DNA from: an uncultured Candidatus Saccharibacteria bacterium
GTDB taxonomy: Bacteria > Patescibacteriota > Minisyncoccia > UBA6257 > 1-14-0-10-44-23
Direction: 5' to 3'
Length of the DNA stretch: 64,000 bases
Assembly: GCA_964641225.1 (NCBI GenBank)
Contig: CAZXKC010000001.1
Coordinates: 131,602-195,601 of the forward strand
In this document: positions 1-9,603 of the stretch, piece after piece
Layout: every line of letters begins with the position of its first letter
Position numbering within the stretch: the stretch's first letter is position 1
Notes under the pieces: generated by a model
Database searches by the model: none
What the model was told of the DNA's origin: nothing
The model's input: the letters and a program-made list of their open reading frames with translations, nothing else
Position numbers and translations under genes: made by a program

Positions 1-39
1 TATATTCTTATCGGCAAACTTGTCACTACTGAGGATTCT

Positions 40-1056
40 TTGATCACGATGGAGGTTTCTCGTACCGCAGAAAGCAATTTGCGGATTGCTGCCGATACGC
101 TTGCGACACTTTCTTCGCTTCCGCATAGCAGCGAGATTAGCCCGATCGCTGAGTTTTCGGGCGAAATAGAGGTTGCTTCAACTACGGGGTTGGTGACGGT
201 TCGTCTCGTTAATCCGAGCTATTTTCGTTTGACCGGAACAAAGGCCTCTATCGGCGAGGCCCCTCAAGAGTCTACTCCCGGCATACTACTTACAAGCCAG
301 GCGGCAAAGCTTCTTGGGTTGCCCGCCGATCAAACTATTATTGGTTCGGTGGCGCATATCAAGGTTGATTATGATGAGAGCGGAGGATCAAAAGTTGAGC
401 AGGTTGGTCTTATCAAGCCGTTGCCGGTTGCCGGTATTCTCAGCGATGACGCTCAGCCGCCTACGCTTATCGTTCCGCTTTCGCAGGTTGCAAAAGCGCC
501 GCCGTATTTTAAGTCTGTCCTCGTCAAGGCAGAGACGATCGATACAGTGGTACCTTTGCGTGATCAATTGCTTAGCGATGGGTTTGCGGTATTGGCTCGT
601 ATTGATCTTGTTAATCAGGCCCGCCAGGTGACCAATATTTTCACTATTGTTTTGGCGATTTTCGGTATTACAGCCCTTATTGTTTCATCCCTGGGAATGC
701 TTAATACTATGATCGTCGGATTTATGGAGCGTATTTACGAAGTAGGTGTTATGAAGTCGCTCGGCGCTACAGATGGCGATATCAAAAAAATGTTTTTAAT
801 GGAGGCGTCGCTCATGGGATTTTTAGGCGGTGTCTGCGGCGTCATTCTCGGTGTCGGCGGCGGTGCACTTATTAATGTGCTGCTTTCCGCCGTAGCTCGT
901 CATTTTGGAGGATCTTCGATTAACCTGTTTATGACTCCTTGGTGGTTTATTGTTTTTATTCTTTTTACATCATTTTTCATTGGTATGATTTCCGGTTTTT
1001 GGCCGGCAAAACGTGCAGCATCTCTTTCGCCAAAGGAGGCATTTATTCGAAAGTAA
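40..1056 (+). CDS. ABC transporter permease, FtsX/MacB family (periplasmic domain plus C-terminal 4-TM FtsX domain); probably 5'-truncated by window edge or internal start
   Basis: ORF translation: hydrophobic FtsX-like C-terminus with GxxxG-rich TM helices; paralogous to permease at 48562..49785. Confidence 0.6.
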   Translation: MITMEVSRTAESNLRIAADTLATLSSLPHSSEISPIAEFSGEIEVASTTGLVTVRLVNPSYFRLTGTKASIGEAPQESTPGILLTSQAAKLLGLPADQTIIGSVAHIKVDYDESGGSKVEQVGLIKPLPVAGILSDDAQPPTLIVPLSQVAKAPPYFKSVLVKAETIDTVVPLRDQLLSDGFAVLARIDLVNQARQVTNIFTIVLAIFGITALIVSSLGMLNTMIVGFMERIYEVGVMKSLGATDGDIKKMFLMEASLMGFLGGVCGVILGVGGGALINVLLSAVARHFGGSSINLFMTPWWFIVFILFTSFFIGMISGFWPAKRAASLSPKEAFIRK

Positions 1057-1229
1057 AAGTGGAAGCGCAAAAAGTTTTTTACGATAGTACGAGGAAGTTC
1101 CTGCTCGAAGGCGAGGGTCAGCGGTATGCCGTACAACTGAAATAAATTACCGCTGTTACTCGTAAATAAGAGAGGGTTGCTTGTGGTTTTAGGGCTAAAA
1201 AGGTGCTATAATGCTAGAGAAAGAAGCTA

Positions 1230-1259
1230 TTGACAAAATAGCATATAGTATGCTATAAT
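1230..1259 (+). promoter_or_regulatory. sigma70-like promoter TTGACA-N18-TATAAT; 35-bp identical copy on minus strand at 27743..27772
   Basis: TTGACA at 1230-1235, TATAAT at 1254-1259; spacer holds palindrome atagcata/tatgctat. Confidence 0.5.
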
Positions 1260-1414
1260 ATACTATATGCGGTGTAGGGCCTGGTGCTGATCAAATCAGC
1301 TTCAAGCTCTGCCTCGCACGGTGCAAGGTAGACCCGAGGTCCAGGGGATGGACGGTTGGCGAAAGCCAACACCCGCGCTGGTTATAACGACCAGAAACGG
1401 AAAGGAAAAGAGTC

Positions 1415-1627
1415 ATGAGTCAGCAGCTTACGAGGGAGCAGGTCGTCAAAGACCTGTTCGACGGCAATGAGCAGGAGCTCGTCAGCCGGTTTGCAGAGGT
1501 CGCGTGGGCGCCCGAGTCCCACATGATCAGTCTCGATGTGAAGGGGTCTCTCGGTCTGCTCACGCAGATCGACGCGGAGAACTTCACGCTCGAGATCGCC
1601 GGCGATTTTGCCGGCGCTTGGCGGTAG
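1415..1627 (+). CDS. hypothetical small protein (70 aa), GC-rich cassette A
   Basis: ORF downstream of promoter with ~155-nt GC-rich structured leader; GGAAAGGAAAAG then ATG; followed by hairpin terminator. Confidence 0.35.
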   Translation: MSQQLTREQVVKDLFDGNEQELVSRFAEVAWAPESHMISLDVKGSLGLLTQIDAENFTLEIAGDFAGAWR

Positions 1628-1642
1628 TCCGCCTGAGTCACC

Positions 1643-1688
1643 GCGGCGCAGTTGGGTCTCCGACCCTCTGCGCCGCTTCGCTTTTTTT
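1643..1688 (+). terminator. intrinsic terminator (GC stem gcggcgcag/ctgcgccgc plus T-run)
   Basis: inverted repeat followed by cttttttt. Confidence 0.5.
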
Positions 1689-1873
1689 GCCCATGACATT
1701 TCTTCTCGGCGCTAGCCGGTAAGATTAAAAATGTCTTGGCGCATGCCGCGAAACCATGTATGCATGTTGTTTCGGCGGCACACTTCTGGTATCCTTTTCT
1801 CTATGCCGGGCAGTAGAGATGCGCCAACTGCCTTCGGCTAGTTTACAATCAAAGGCGCATCACACTTCCCGGC

Positions 1874-2383
1874 ATGCAAAAGTATATTATTTTTATTGTT
1901 GTTGCAGGTATTATCATTATCGGGGCGATGATGCTTAAAAAGCCGAGTCAGCCGGTTGCTGTTGTTTCAGACGACGCATATGCGGCATCTACATCGACTG
2001 AGTCAGTTGTTTCTGGTACAGCTGTTATAAACCCTAAACCAATTACTATGGCAAACGGATTAATCATTGAAGATGTAAAAATCGGTAACGGAGAGGAGGC
2101 AAAGAGCGGTATGCTTGTGAGCGTTCACTACGTAGGCACGCTGACAAATGGAAAAAAGTTTGACAGCTCGCGCGATCGCGGTGAGCCATTCCAGTTTCCG
2201 CTTGGTCAGGGGTACGTTATCAAAGGCTGGGATCTTGGCGTTGCCGGTATGAAAATCGGCGGCATTCGTAAACTGACTATTCCGGCTGAGCTTGGCTATG
2301 GTGCCGCTGGTGCAGGCAGTTCTATCCCGCCAAACGCAACGCTTAATTTTGAAGTTGAGTTGCTTGGTTTGCGTTCTCACTAA
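1874..2383 (+). CDS. FKBP-type peptidyl-prolyl cis-trans isomerase with N-terminal signal/anchor
   Basis: motifs VHYVGTLTNGKKFDSS, YVIKGWDLGVAGMKIGGIRKLTIP typical of FKBP domain. Confidence 0.8.
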   Translation: MQKYIIFIVVAGIIIIGAMMLKKPSQPVAVVSDDAYAASTSTESVVSGTAVINPKPITMANGLIIEDVKIGNGEEAKSGMLVSVHYVGTLTNGKKFDSSRDRGEPFQFPLGQGYVIKGWDLGVAGMKIGGIRKLTIPAELGYGAAGAGSSIPPNATLNFEVELLGLRSH

Positions 2384-2496
2384 GACGGTTGTACAAATTC
2401 CCCGGTTCGCCGGGGAATTTGCTTATTTTTAAAAATTTTGGTATTCTTTATTCACTGAAATTTGGCCGCTGGCCTTTTTTGTTTCCAGCATTATTT

Positions 2497-4287
2497 ATGG
2501 CAAGTCCTAATATCCGCAACATTGCAATCATCGCCCACGTTGACCACGGTAAAACAACCTTGGTTGATGCGCTTTTAAAACAGTCTGACAACTTCACCAT
2601 GAAGGTTAACGGCAGCGGCGAACTGATCATGGACAATAACGAGCTTGAGCGCGAGCGCGGTATTACGATTTTGGCAAAGAATGCTGCGATTAGTTATAAA
2701 GGAACGAAGATCAACATAGTGGATACGCCAGGTCACGCAGACTTCGGCGGTGAGGTGGAACGCATTATGAGTATGGTAGACGGCGTGCTGCTTTTGGTTG
2801 ACTCGCAAGAAGGGCCGATGCCACAGACCAAGTTCGTGTTGAAAAAAGCGATTGAGGCCGGACACAAGGCGATTGTTGTCGTAAACAAGATTGATAAGCC
2901 GGCGGCTCGGCCGCAGTGGACGCTCGACGAGACGTTTAGTTTGTTCGTTGATCTTGGTGCCTCAGATGAGCAGGCGCATTTTCCGGTTGTCTACGCATCA
3001 GGCATCGCCGGTAAGGCGGGACTTGAGCCGGATATCACGAAGATGAAGGATGTCACGCCGCTGTTTGATAAAATTTTGGAATATATTCCGGCGCCGGTGG
3101 TTGATGAAAAAGCGCCGCTGCAAATGCTGACGATCAACCTTGCTCACGATACGTATAAAGGAAAGATGGCAATCGGCCGATTGCACTCTGGTACCTTAAA
3201 GCCGGCTCAGCAGGTAATGCACATTGATCGCGCTGGAAAGATGAAAAAGGCGCAGCTGACCAACGTGATGATTTTTGATGGTATGAATCGTAAAGAGGCC
3301 ACCGAGGTAGTTGCCGGAGATATTTGTGCAATTGCCGGAATTCCAGATATCACCATCGGCGAAACGATTGCTGACATTAACGACCCGCGTCCGCTCACGC
3401 CGATTAAAATCGACGAGCCGACGATTAAGGCCGTGTTTATGGTGAACAAGAGTCCGTTTGTGGGTAAAGAAGGACAATACATTACGAGCCGCAATATTAA
3501 AGAGCGATTGGAGCGTGAGACGGAAACTGATGTGGCTCTTAAAATGGAGACGACGGAGGACTCAGACCGTTGGATTATGTCCGGTCGCGGTGAATTGCAC
3601 TTGGCGATTTTGATTGAAAAAATGCGTCGCGAGGGATTTGAGCTTGCTGTTGGTAAGCCGCAGGTAATTTATAAAGAAATTGATGGTGTGAAAAATGAGC
3701 CATTTGAGCTTGTAAGTATTGAGGTACCTAACGACTCTGTCGGCGTCGTAATCCAGGACTTTGGTCAGCGCCTTGGCGAGATGCGGCATATGACGGCCGA
3801 TGGTCCGATTACGAAACTTGAATTTTCAATTCCAACCCGCGGTTTGATCGGATACCGCAGTGATTTTATGACGCGCACAAAAGGACTTGGAATTATGAAC
3901 ACGATTTTTGATGCGTACAAGCCAATGAAAGGAGAGATTACGAAGTTGCCGCACGGTTCGCTTATTGCTACTGAAACAGGCGAGGCAACGAATTACGGAT
4001 TGTTGATGGCGCAGGAGCGCGGTGTGCTCTTTATTGCCGCCGGTACAAAGATTTACGGCGGAATGGTTGTTGGTAAAAATGCAAAAGATATGGATTTGCG
4101 CGTGCATGTCGGTCGCGAAAAGCAGTTGACTAACTTCCGTGCAAAGAACGAGGGTATTGGCGCATTTTTGGAGGCACCGACTGAGATGACGCTTGAGGAT
4201 TCTTTGGAATATATTGCTGATGATGAAATCGTGGAGGTGACACCGAAGTCAATTCGAATTCGAAAGATGGATTTGAAGGCGAAGTAG
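2497..4287 (+). CDS. typA: translational GTPase TypA/BipA
   Basis: [22 protein letters not shown]-motifs; 596 aa from internal Met (ORF track start 2389 likely too early). Confidence 0.85.
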   Translation: MASPNIRNIAIIAHVDHGKTTLVDALLKQSDNFTMKVNGSGELIMDNNELERERGITILAKNAAISYKGTKINIVDTPGHADFGGEVERIMSMVDGVLLLVDSQEGPMPQTKFVLKKAIEAGHKAIVVVNKIDKPAARPQWTLDETFSLFVDLGASDEQAHFPVVYASGIAGKAGLEPDITKMKDVTPLFDKILEYIPAPVVDEKAPLQMLTINLAHDTYKGKMAIGRLHSGTLKPAQQVMHIDRAGKMKKAQLTNVMIFDGMNRKEATEVVAGDICAIAGIPDITIGETIADINDPRPLTPIKIDEPTIKAVFMVNKSPFVGKEGQYITSRNIKERLERETETDVALKMETTEDSDRWIMSGRGELHLAILIEKMRREGFELAVGKPQVIYKEIDGVKNEPFELVSIEVPNDSVGVVIQDFGQRLGEMRHMTADGPITKLEFSIPTRGLIGYRSDFMTRTKGLGIMNTIFDAYKPMKGEITKLPHGSLIATETGEATNYGLLMAQERGVLFIAAGTKIYGGMVVGKNAKDMDLRVHVGREKQLTNFRAKNEGIGAFLEAPTEMTLEDSLEYIADDEIVEVTPKSIRIRKMDLKAK

Positions 4288-4372
4288 ATATTGAGGAGCT
4301 CTGACGATCATCGCCGGGGTTCCATTTCGCTGCTTGCTCGTCTGGCTCTAAGCCTGTATTATCAATTGAGCG

Positions 4373-5458
4373 ATGACAAGCCGTACTATTCAACTTTCCT
4401 TCTTTTTTATTATCTTTGGCATTACGACGTTGCTGGGTTTTTTCATTTTCAAGCCTTATTTGAACACGCTAGTTCTTGCGGGAACATTTGCAATTATTTT
4501 TTATCCTTTGCACCTTCGTTTAGAACGTAAGTTTGGCGGAAAGCATCCTAGTATTGCTGCAGCGATCACTGTTATCCTTGCCAGTCTAGTCATTTTCGTT
4601 CCCGCTTCGTTGCTTGGTACTCGCGTATACCAAGAGGCAGCAGCGCTCTATCAGCGTCTGAGTGATTCGACCGCGCGTGAACAGGCACCACTACCACCCG
4701 CCTCAGAGAACGCGAGTCCATTCGTGTTACAAATTCGGGAGAAGATCGATAGCGGTATCACAACTTTTATGAGTACTTTGAATAGCTCTATCCATCAATC
4801 TTTTGGTTGGGTGCTTAGTAACGCAGGAGATTTTTCGCGGCGCATTGGTGATATAGGTATTCGTTTCTTTATCTGGTTTTTAGCATTTTATTATTTCTTA
4901 CGCGACGGACATCGTCTTCGCAAAATATTCGTTACCCTGAGTCCGCTTTCCGATAAATATGATAATGAAATTGTTGTCCGTATTACTTCATCTGTTAAGA
5001 GCGTGATCGGCGGATCCCTTATCGTAGCTATTATTCAAGGAGTTGCAGCAGGCGTGGGTATGTGGATTTTTGGAGTGCCATCTCCGGCAATCTGGGGAGC
5101 AGTCGCAGTGCTGGCAGCTCTCGTGCCGACAGTCGGCACCGCGCTCGTTATCTTGCCTGCAGCCGGTTATCTGTTTCTTTTGAGTAAAACAGTGCCAATG
5201 ATTGGCCTGCTTGTCTGGGGACTTTTAGTGGTCGGAATTATCGATAACGTTTTGAGGCCAAAACTCATAGAGCGAGATACAAAAATCCATCCGCTTATCG
5301 TTTTGCTTTCTGTGCTTGGCGGCATTGCCTTACTTGGCCCCGTTGGCTTCCTTATTGGCCCTATCGTTATGAGCCTGCTTTTGGAATTTTTAGCAATTTA
5401 TAATGAGATGATTCTGCATCACAAAAATGCAGCCTTCGAAAACAACCTCTCTTCTTAA
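4373..5458 (+). CDS. AI-2E family transporter (PerM/YhhT-like) membrane protein
   Basis: multi-TM protein with characteristic length/topology; inference from hydrophobicity pattern. Confidence 0.6.
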   Translation: MTSRTIQLSFFFIIFGITTLLGFFIFKPYLNTLVLAGTFAIIFYPLHLRLERKFGGKHPSIAAAITVILASLVIFVPASLLGTRVYQEAAALYQRLSDSTAREQAPLPPASENASPFVLQIREKIDSGITTFMSTLNSSIHQSFGWVLSNAGDFSRRIGDIGIRFFIWFLAFYYFLRDGHRLRKIFVTLSPLSDKYDNEIVVRITSSVKSVIGGSLIVAIIQGVAAGVGMWIFGVPSPAIWGAVAVLAALVPTVGTALVILPAAGYLFLLSKTVPMIGLLVWGLLVVGIIDNVLRPKLIERDTKIHPLIVLLSVLGGIALLGPVGFLIGPIVMSLLLEFLAIYNEMILHHKNAAFENNLSS

Positions 5459-6002
5459 GGCCGGCGGAGTTGGCGTGCTTGCTACTGACACAATTTACGG
5501 TGTAGTCGGCCAAGCTACTAACCGCGAGACTGTCGCACGTTTGTATACGGTGCGCAGGCGAAGCCCGGAAAAACCGTTTATTGTTTTGATTAGCGATTTG
5601 GGTGATTTGATGCAGTTCGGCGTCCATTTACGAGTAAATGAAGAGGCGCTTGTAAGAAAATTATGGCCCGGATCGGTTAGTATTGTGCTTCCGTGCGCGA
5701 GCGATGATTTTTTCTATTTGCATCGCGGAACAAAGACTTTGGCATTTCGTATGCCCAAACCGCTTGTACTGCGCAAGCTCATTGCCGAGACGGGACCGCT
5801 TGTTGCGCCAAGCGCAAACATTGAAGGCCAGCCTCCGGCGACAACTCTTGAAGAGGCTCGTGCATATTTTGGCGATCAGGTTGATTTTTATGAGGATTCT
5901 GGGAAGGTTGAGGGTGCTGCTTCAACCCTGGTTGAGATAAAGAACGGGAAGGTGCATGTTTTGCGTGAAGGTTCGGCGGTGATTCCAAAAGCTTTATTAT
6001 GA
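5427..6002 (+). CDS. tsaC: L-threonylcarbamoyladenylate synthase (Sua5/YrdC/TsaC family)
   Basis: TDTIYGVVG ... RLYTVRRRSPEKPFIVLISD YrdC-fold motifs; start uncertain (overlaps upstream gene). Confidence 0.65.
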   Translation: MQPSKTTSLLKAGGVGVLATDTIYGVVGQATNRETVARLYTVRRRSPEKPFIVLISDLGDLMQFGVHLRVNEEALVRKLWPGSVSIVLPCASDDFFYLHRGTKTLAFRMPKPLVLRKLIAETGPLVAPSANIEGQPPATTLEEARAYFGDQVDFYEDSGKVEGAASTLVEIKNGKVHVLREGSAVIPKALL

Positions 6003-6715
6003 AAAAGAAAGTTGCAGTCTTCGACATAGACGGGACTATCTTTCGTAACTCGTTGTTAATCGAGCTTCATTGGAAAATGGTTAAAGAGGGGATTATTCCG
6101 CGCACGACTATCACTAAGATAGATAAGTTGTATTGGCAATGGGTGCGACGAAAGGGAAGCTACGATGACTACTTGTGGTCAGTCATAGAAAATTTTGATA
6201 CACACATTGCGGGAGTGCCTGTTAAAACGGTTGCGAAACTTGCCCGTAGAGTTGTTAAAACTCAAAGCGATATTGTATATCGGTATACGCGTGACTTAGT
6301 TAAGCGTTTGTCGAAAACGCACATATTGGTAGCTATTTCGGGCTCGCCGGAAATCATCGTTAAAGAATTTGCGCGAACTTGGAAGTTTGATTATTTTATC
6401 GGAACTTTGCACGCTACAGAGCGCGGTTATTTTACAGGCGAAAAAAAGTGGGTTGCTTCGGAGGACAAGGCAGCCGCACTTGCGTTTTTAGAGCAGCGTC
6501 ACGGTTTTAAAGTAGGCAAAGGCTCTGTGGGCGTCGGTGACACCGAAAGTGATATTAAGATTTTTGAGTTAGTGGAAAACCCAATTTGTTTTAATCCGAC
6601 AGGGGATTTATATAAGACCGCAGCACGCAAAGGTTGGCACATCGTAGTTGAGCGAAAAGATACCGTGTTTGAAATTAAAAAAGGAAAGGTGCTTCAATCG
6701 CATGGAGAAGAGTAG
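5999..6715 (+). CDS. HAD-superfamily hydrolase (HAD-IB/phosphoserine phosphatase-like)
   Basis: N-terminal VAVFDIDGTI motif I, GDTESD motif. Confidence 0.6.
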   Translation: MKKKVAVFDIDGTIFRNSLLIELHWKMVKEGIIPRTTITKIDKLYWQWVRRKGSYDDYLWSVIENFDTHIAGVPVKTVAKLARRVVKTQSDIVYRYTRDLVKRLSKTHILVAISGSPEIIVKEFARTWKFDYFIGTLHATERGYFTGEKKWVASEDKAAALAFLEQRHGFKVGKGSVGVGDTESDIKIFELVENPICFNPTGDLYKTAARKGWHIVVERKDTVFEIKKGKVLQSHGEE

Positions 6716-7640
6716 CTACGACGTTATCGTTATTGGTGCCGGGCCTGCAGGGTGGAGTGCGGCTACATTTCTAGTACGTGCGAATATTAAGACGCTCGTG
6801 ATTGGTGATTTGGCGCAGAGCGGGCTTGCGGACGCCGCTGATGTGCAAAATTTTGTTGGATTTCCAAAAGGCATCGCCGGTACAGAGCTGCTTGATCAGA
6901 TGCGACAGCAGGCAACTGGGCAGGGAGCAACTTTTTTAAAAGGTGAGGTAACGCATGTGGAAAAGATCAACAATAGACAAGAAACAAAAAACAATTTTTT
7001 GGTACGAACTGCTGCGCGCGAGGAGTTTGTTGCAGAACGTTTGCTTCTTGCGCATGGCGCTAATTTTATTAAGGTGAATTTACCGGGTGAAAAAGAGTTA
7101 GTTGGTAAGGGAATCCACTACTGTGCCCTTTGTGATGGGCCACTCTATAAAGGAAAGGAGGTGATTGTGCTTGGAAATGGTAATTATGCTGCTGAGGAGG
7201 CCTTACAACTTGTCGGGATGGGGGCAAAGGTGAAAATTATTACCCACGCCATAGAACCGAATATTGCGCCGGTGTATCAAAAGCTTTTGGCCGCTCAAAA
7301 AATTTCTCTCACGATCGGTAAAGCAGAAAAATTTGGGCCGGGCATTACAATCTCTTTAAAAAAGAAAGATGGCGTAGTTGAAGAAAAAACTGATGCAGTA
7401 TTTATTGCCTTAGGAGTCGCCTCATCGATGGTATTCGCGCAGAAGCTTGGCTTAGAGATGAACGGTAACTTTTTGAAGGCTGACGAAAACGGTCGCACGA
7501 ATGTTGCCGGTGTCTGGGTTGCTGGTTTAGCGCGCGGCGGAGTTAACCAAGTTGCAAAGTCAGTAGGCGAGGGCGCCTCTACTGCGGTTGATATAATTAA
7601 AGCTATTACTGGTCTACCTCAATATCTAGACCACACTTAA
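6702..7640 (+). CDS. trxB: FAD-dependent pyridine nucleotide-disulfide oxidoreductase, thioredoxin reductase-like
   Basis: YDVIVIGAGPAG FAD motif and redox CALCDG (CxxC) motif; start taken at internal Met. Confidence 0.6.
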   Translation: MEKSSYDVIVIGAGPAGWSAATFLVRANIKTLVIGDLAQSGLADAADVQNFVGFPKGIAGTELLDQMRQQATGQGATFLKGEVTHVEKINNRQETKNNFLVRTAAREEFVAERLLLAHGANFIKVNLPGEKELVGKGIHYCALCDGPLYKGKEVIVLGNGNYAAEEALQLVGMGAKVKIITHAIEPNIAPVYQKLLAAQKISLTIGKAEKFGPGITISLKKKDGVVEEKTDAVFIALGVASSMVFAQKLGLEMNGNFLKADENGRTNVAGVWVAGLARGGVNQVAKSVGEGASTAVDIIKAITGLPQYLDHT

Positions 7641-7644
7641 TAGC

Positions 7645-7753
7645 CGTAATTTTGCGCATTTCGTTGTTGCTTTGCTGCGAACCTCCTTCGCCGTACGACT
7701 ACTGTACGGCTCAGTCGTTTCTCGCTCGCGCCTAGAACTGCATCAAAATTACG
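7645..7753. repeat. ~110-nt structured intergenic repeat element, copy 1 (core GCGCATTTCGTTGT...CCTAGAACTGCATC with terminal inverted repeats)
   Basis: shares conserved core with 27217..27331; flanking and internal stems differ in sequence but remain complementary. Confidence 0.5.
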
Positions 7754-7793
7754 ACTATTATTTCGTTGTCGTTTCTATTATCATTGTAAATGT

Positions 7794-8339
7794 ATGATCG
7801 TGGTGTTTACCGGCAACGGAAAAGGCAAGACAACTGCGGCGCTTGGGGCGGCTGTTCGGGCTGTCGGTCGCGGGCAAAAGGTTCTTATAGTGCAATTTAT
7901 TAAGGGGCCATGGCAGAGCGGCGAGGATTTTTCGACGCAGCTTTTGACCGAGGAGGTTTTGGCAAAAAGCAAAATCGGTAAAGGAGGCCTCACGTTTAAG
8001 AAAATGGGACTAGGCTTTGTTGGTATTTTGGGGGACCAATTGCCGTTTGAAGAACACGTGAAGGCGGCCCAAAAGGCACTTGCGTATATCAAGGAACAAC
8101 TGCCACAGTACAACATGGTTGTGATGGACGAGGTAAATGTCGCCGTGCAGCTAAAACTTATAGCGGCAAAAGAGGTACTTGAGGTATTAGAGGGAATAGA
8201 GGATAGTAAGATTGTCGTACTAACTGGGCGTGACGCTCCGCAGGACTTTTTAGATAGAGCTGATTTGGCGACTGAGATGAAGGAGATTAAGCATCCGTTT
8301 AATAGCGGCAAGTTAGGTAAACTTAATGTTGAATTCTAG
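7794..8339 (+). CDS. cob(I)yrinic acid a,c-diamide adenosyltransferase-like (CobA/CobO/BtuR family P-loop protein)
   Basis: N-terminal VFTGNGKGKTTAALG ... LIVQFIKG motif. Confidence 0.55.
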   Translation: MIVVFTGNGKGKTTAALGAAVRAVGRGQKVLIVQFIKGPWQSGEDFSTQLLTEEVLAKSKIGKGGLTFKKMGLGFVGILGDQLPFEEHVKAAQKALAYIKEQLPQYNMVVMDEVNVAVQLKLIAAKEVLEVLEGIEDSKIVVLTGRDAPQDFLDRADLATEMKEIKHPFNSGKLGKLNVEF

Positions 8340-8925
8340 AAATATGAATGAAAATCCAGACAATCAAATCCCGAATGACCTAGACGATCTTGAGGCTCCC
8401 GATCGTACGACGCTTGAGGATTTAGTAGGGCAGGTCAAGCGTTTGGTTGGTGATCAGCCAACTGAATATCCAGATGGGCAATCTCGGATTTGCAGCCGAA
8501 CTTTCCCATTCTCCGAAGATCCTCATGGCCCTCACCAGGAAATCGAGGTTGGTTATTTTCCTGGAAGCGAATTATCTGAAGGTGCGACTTTGAGGCCAGG
8601 AGAAGAACCGAAAACATTGGTGTGGGTAAAAATTTCAACAATCGCTCATGGTCATTTGCATCGCGATGAATATCAGGTCAACAATGATTTGAGCTACGAT
8701 AAGACAACGGAAGACTATACGCCGGAAGAACGTAATCAGGGTCTAATTGCTCACGCTGACGGCGCAGAGACGGTAGTCGAAGCAACTCCAGGATTCATGG
8801 AAAGCCTTGAGCGTCGAGAGACAGAGATTAAAGAATATATTAAATTGCGTAAGAAAGGAGTTAGGGAGGGTAGCAAAAAAGCATTCAGCGGCTTAGCTAG
8901 GCTGCTTGAGGGGTATAAAATTTAA
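8326..8925 (+). CDS. hypothetical acidic protein
   Basis: ORF only; Asp/Glu-rich, no recognisable motif. Confidence 0.35.
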   Translation: MLNSRNMNENPDNQIPNDLDDLEAPDRTTLEDLVGQVKRLVGDQPTEYPDGQSRICSRTFPFSEDPHGPHQEIEVGYFPGSELSEGATLRPGEEPKTLVWVKISTIAHGHLHRDEYQVNNDLSYDKTTEDYTPEERNQGLIAHADGAETVVEATPGFMESLERRETEIKEYIKLRKKGVREGSKKAFSGLARLLEGYKI

Positions 8926-8930
8926 TTTGA

Positions 8931-9539
8931 ATGATTCAAATCTTTTTCGTCATAGTTTTAATATTTTCCGTTATCATCCATGAAATTTCGCATGGATATA
9001 TTGCGCTGCTTCTTGGAGATACAACGGCGAAGGATGCCGGACGGTTAACGCTGAATCCGCTCAAGCACATTGATATCTTCGGATCCGTTATTTTCCCACT
9101 TTTGATGATCTTTTCTGGTGGGCCGGTGTTTGGTTGGGCAAAACCGGTGCCGTATGATCCGCGATTTTTAAGAAATCCGAAAAAAGGAGCCGGGCTGATT
9201 GCGCTCGCAGGACCGGGGAGTAATTTGGTGCTCGCGATTATCTTTGCACTCGTGAGCCGTATCCTAACTACATTTCCAGCTACTGACTTTATGCAGGCGC
9301 TTTATATTTTGGTTGTCATCATCGTGCAAGTGAACATTTCTTTGGCGGTTTTCAATTTATTACCGATTCCGCCTTTAGACGGATCAGGGATTTTATTTTC
9401 ATTTCTGCCGCGGGGAACTGAAAAAGCGCAGTATTTTTTGCAGCGCTACGGATTTATTATCCTTGTCGTGCTTATTTTCTCGGGCTTAGATTTTTTGCAT
9501 CCGATTATGAGTGCGCTGTATAAATTACTTTTGGGTTAG
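8931..9539 (+). CDS. site-2 protease family (peptidase M50) membrane metalloprotease
   Basis: HEISHG zinc-binding motif in first TM, multi-TM. Confidence 0.65.
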   Translation: MIQIFFVIVLIFSVIIHEISHGYIALLLGDTTAKDAGRLTLNPLKHIDIFGSVIFPLLMIFSGGPVFGWAKPVPYDPRFLRNPKKGAGLIALAGPGSNLVLAIIFALVSRILTTFPATDFMQALYILVVIIVQVNISLAVFNLLPIPPLDGSGILFSFLPRGTEKAQYFLQRYGFIILVVLIFSGLDFLHPIMSALYKLLLG

Positions 9540-9603
9540 AATTCGTCGCTATAGTTGATTCGTTTTGGTTGATTGTGATAGGGTAGCTCTGAGGGAGGTC
9601 AAT

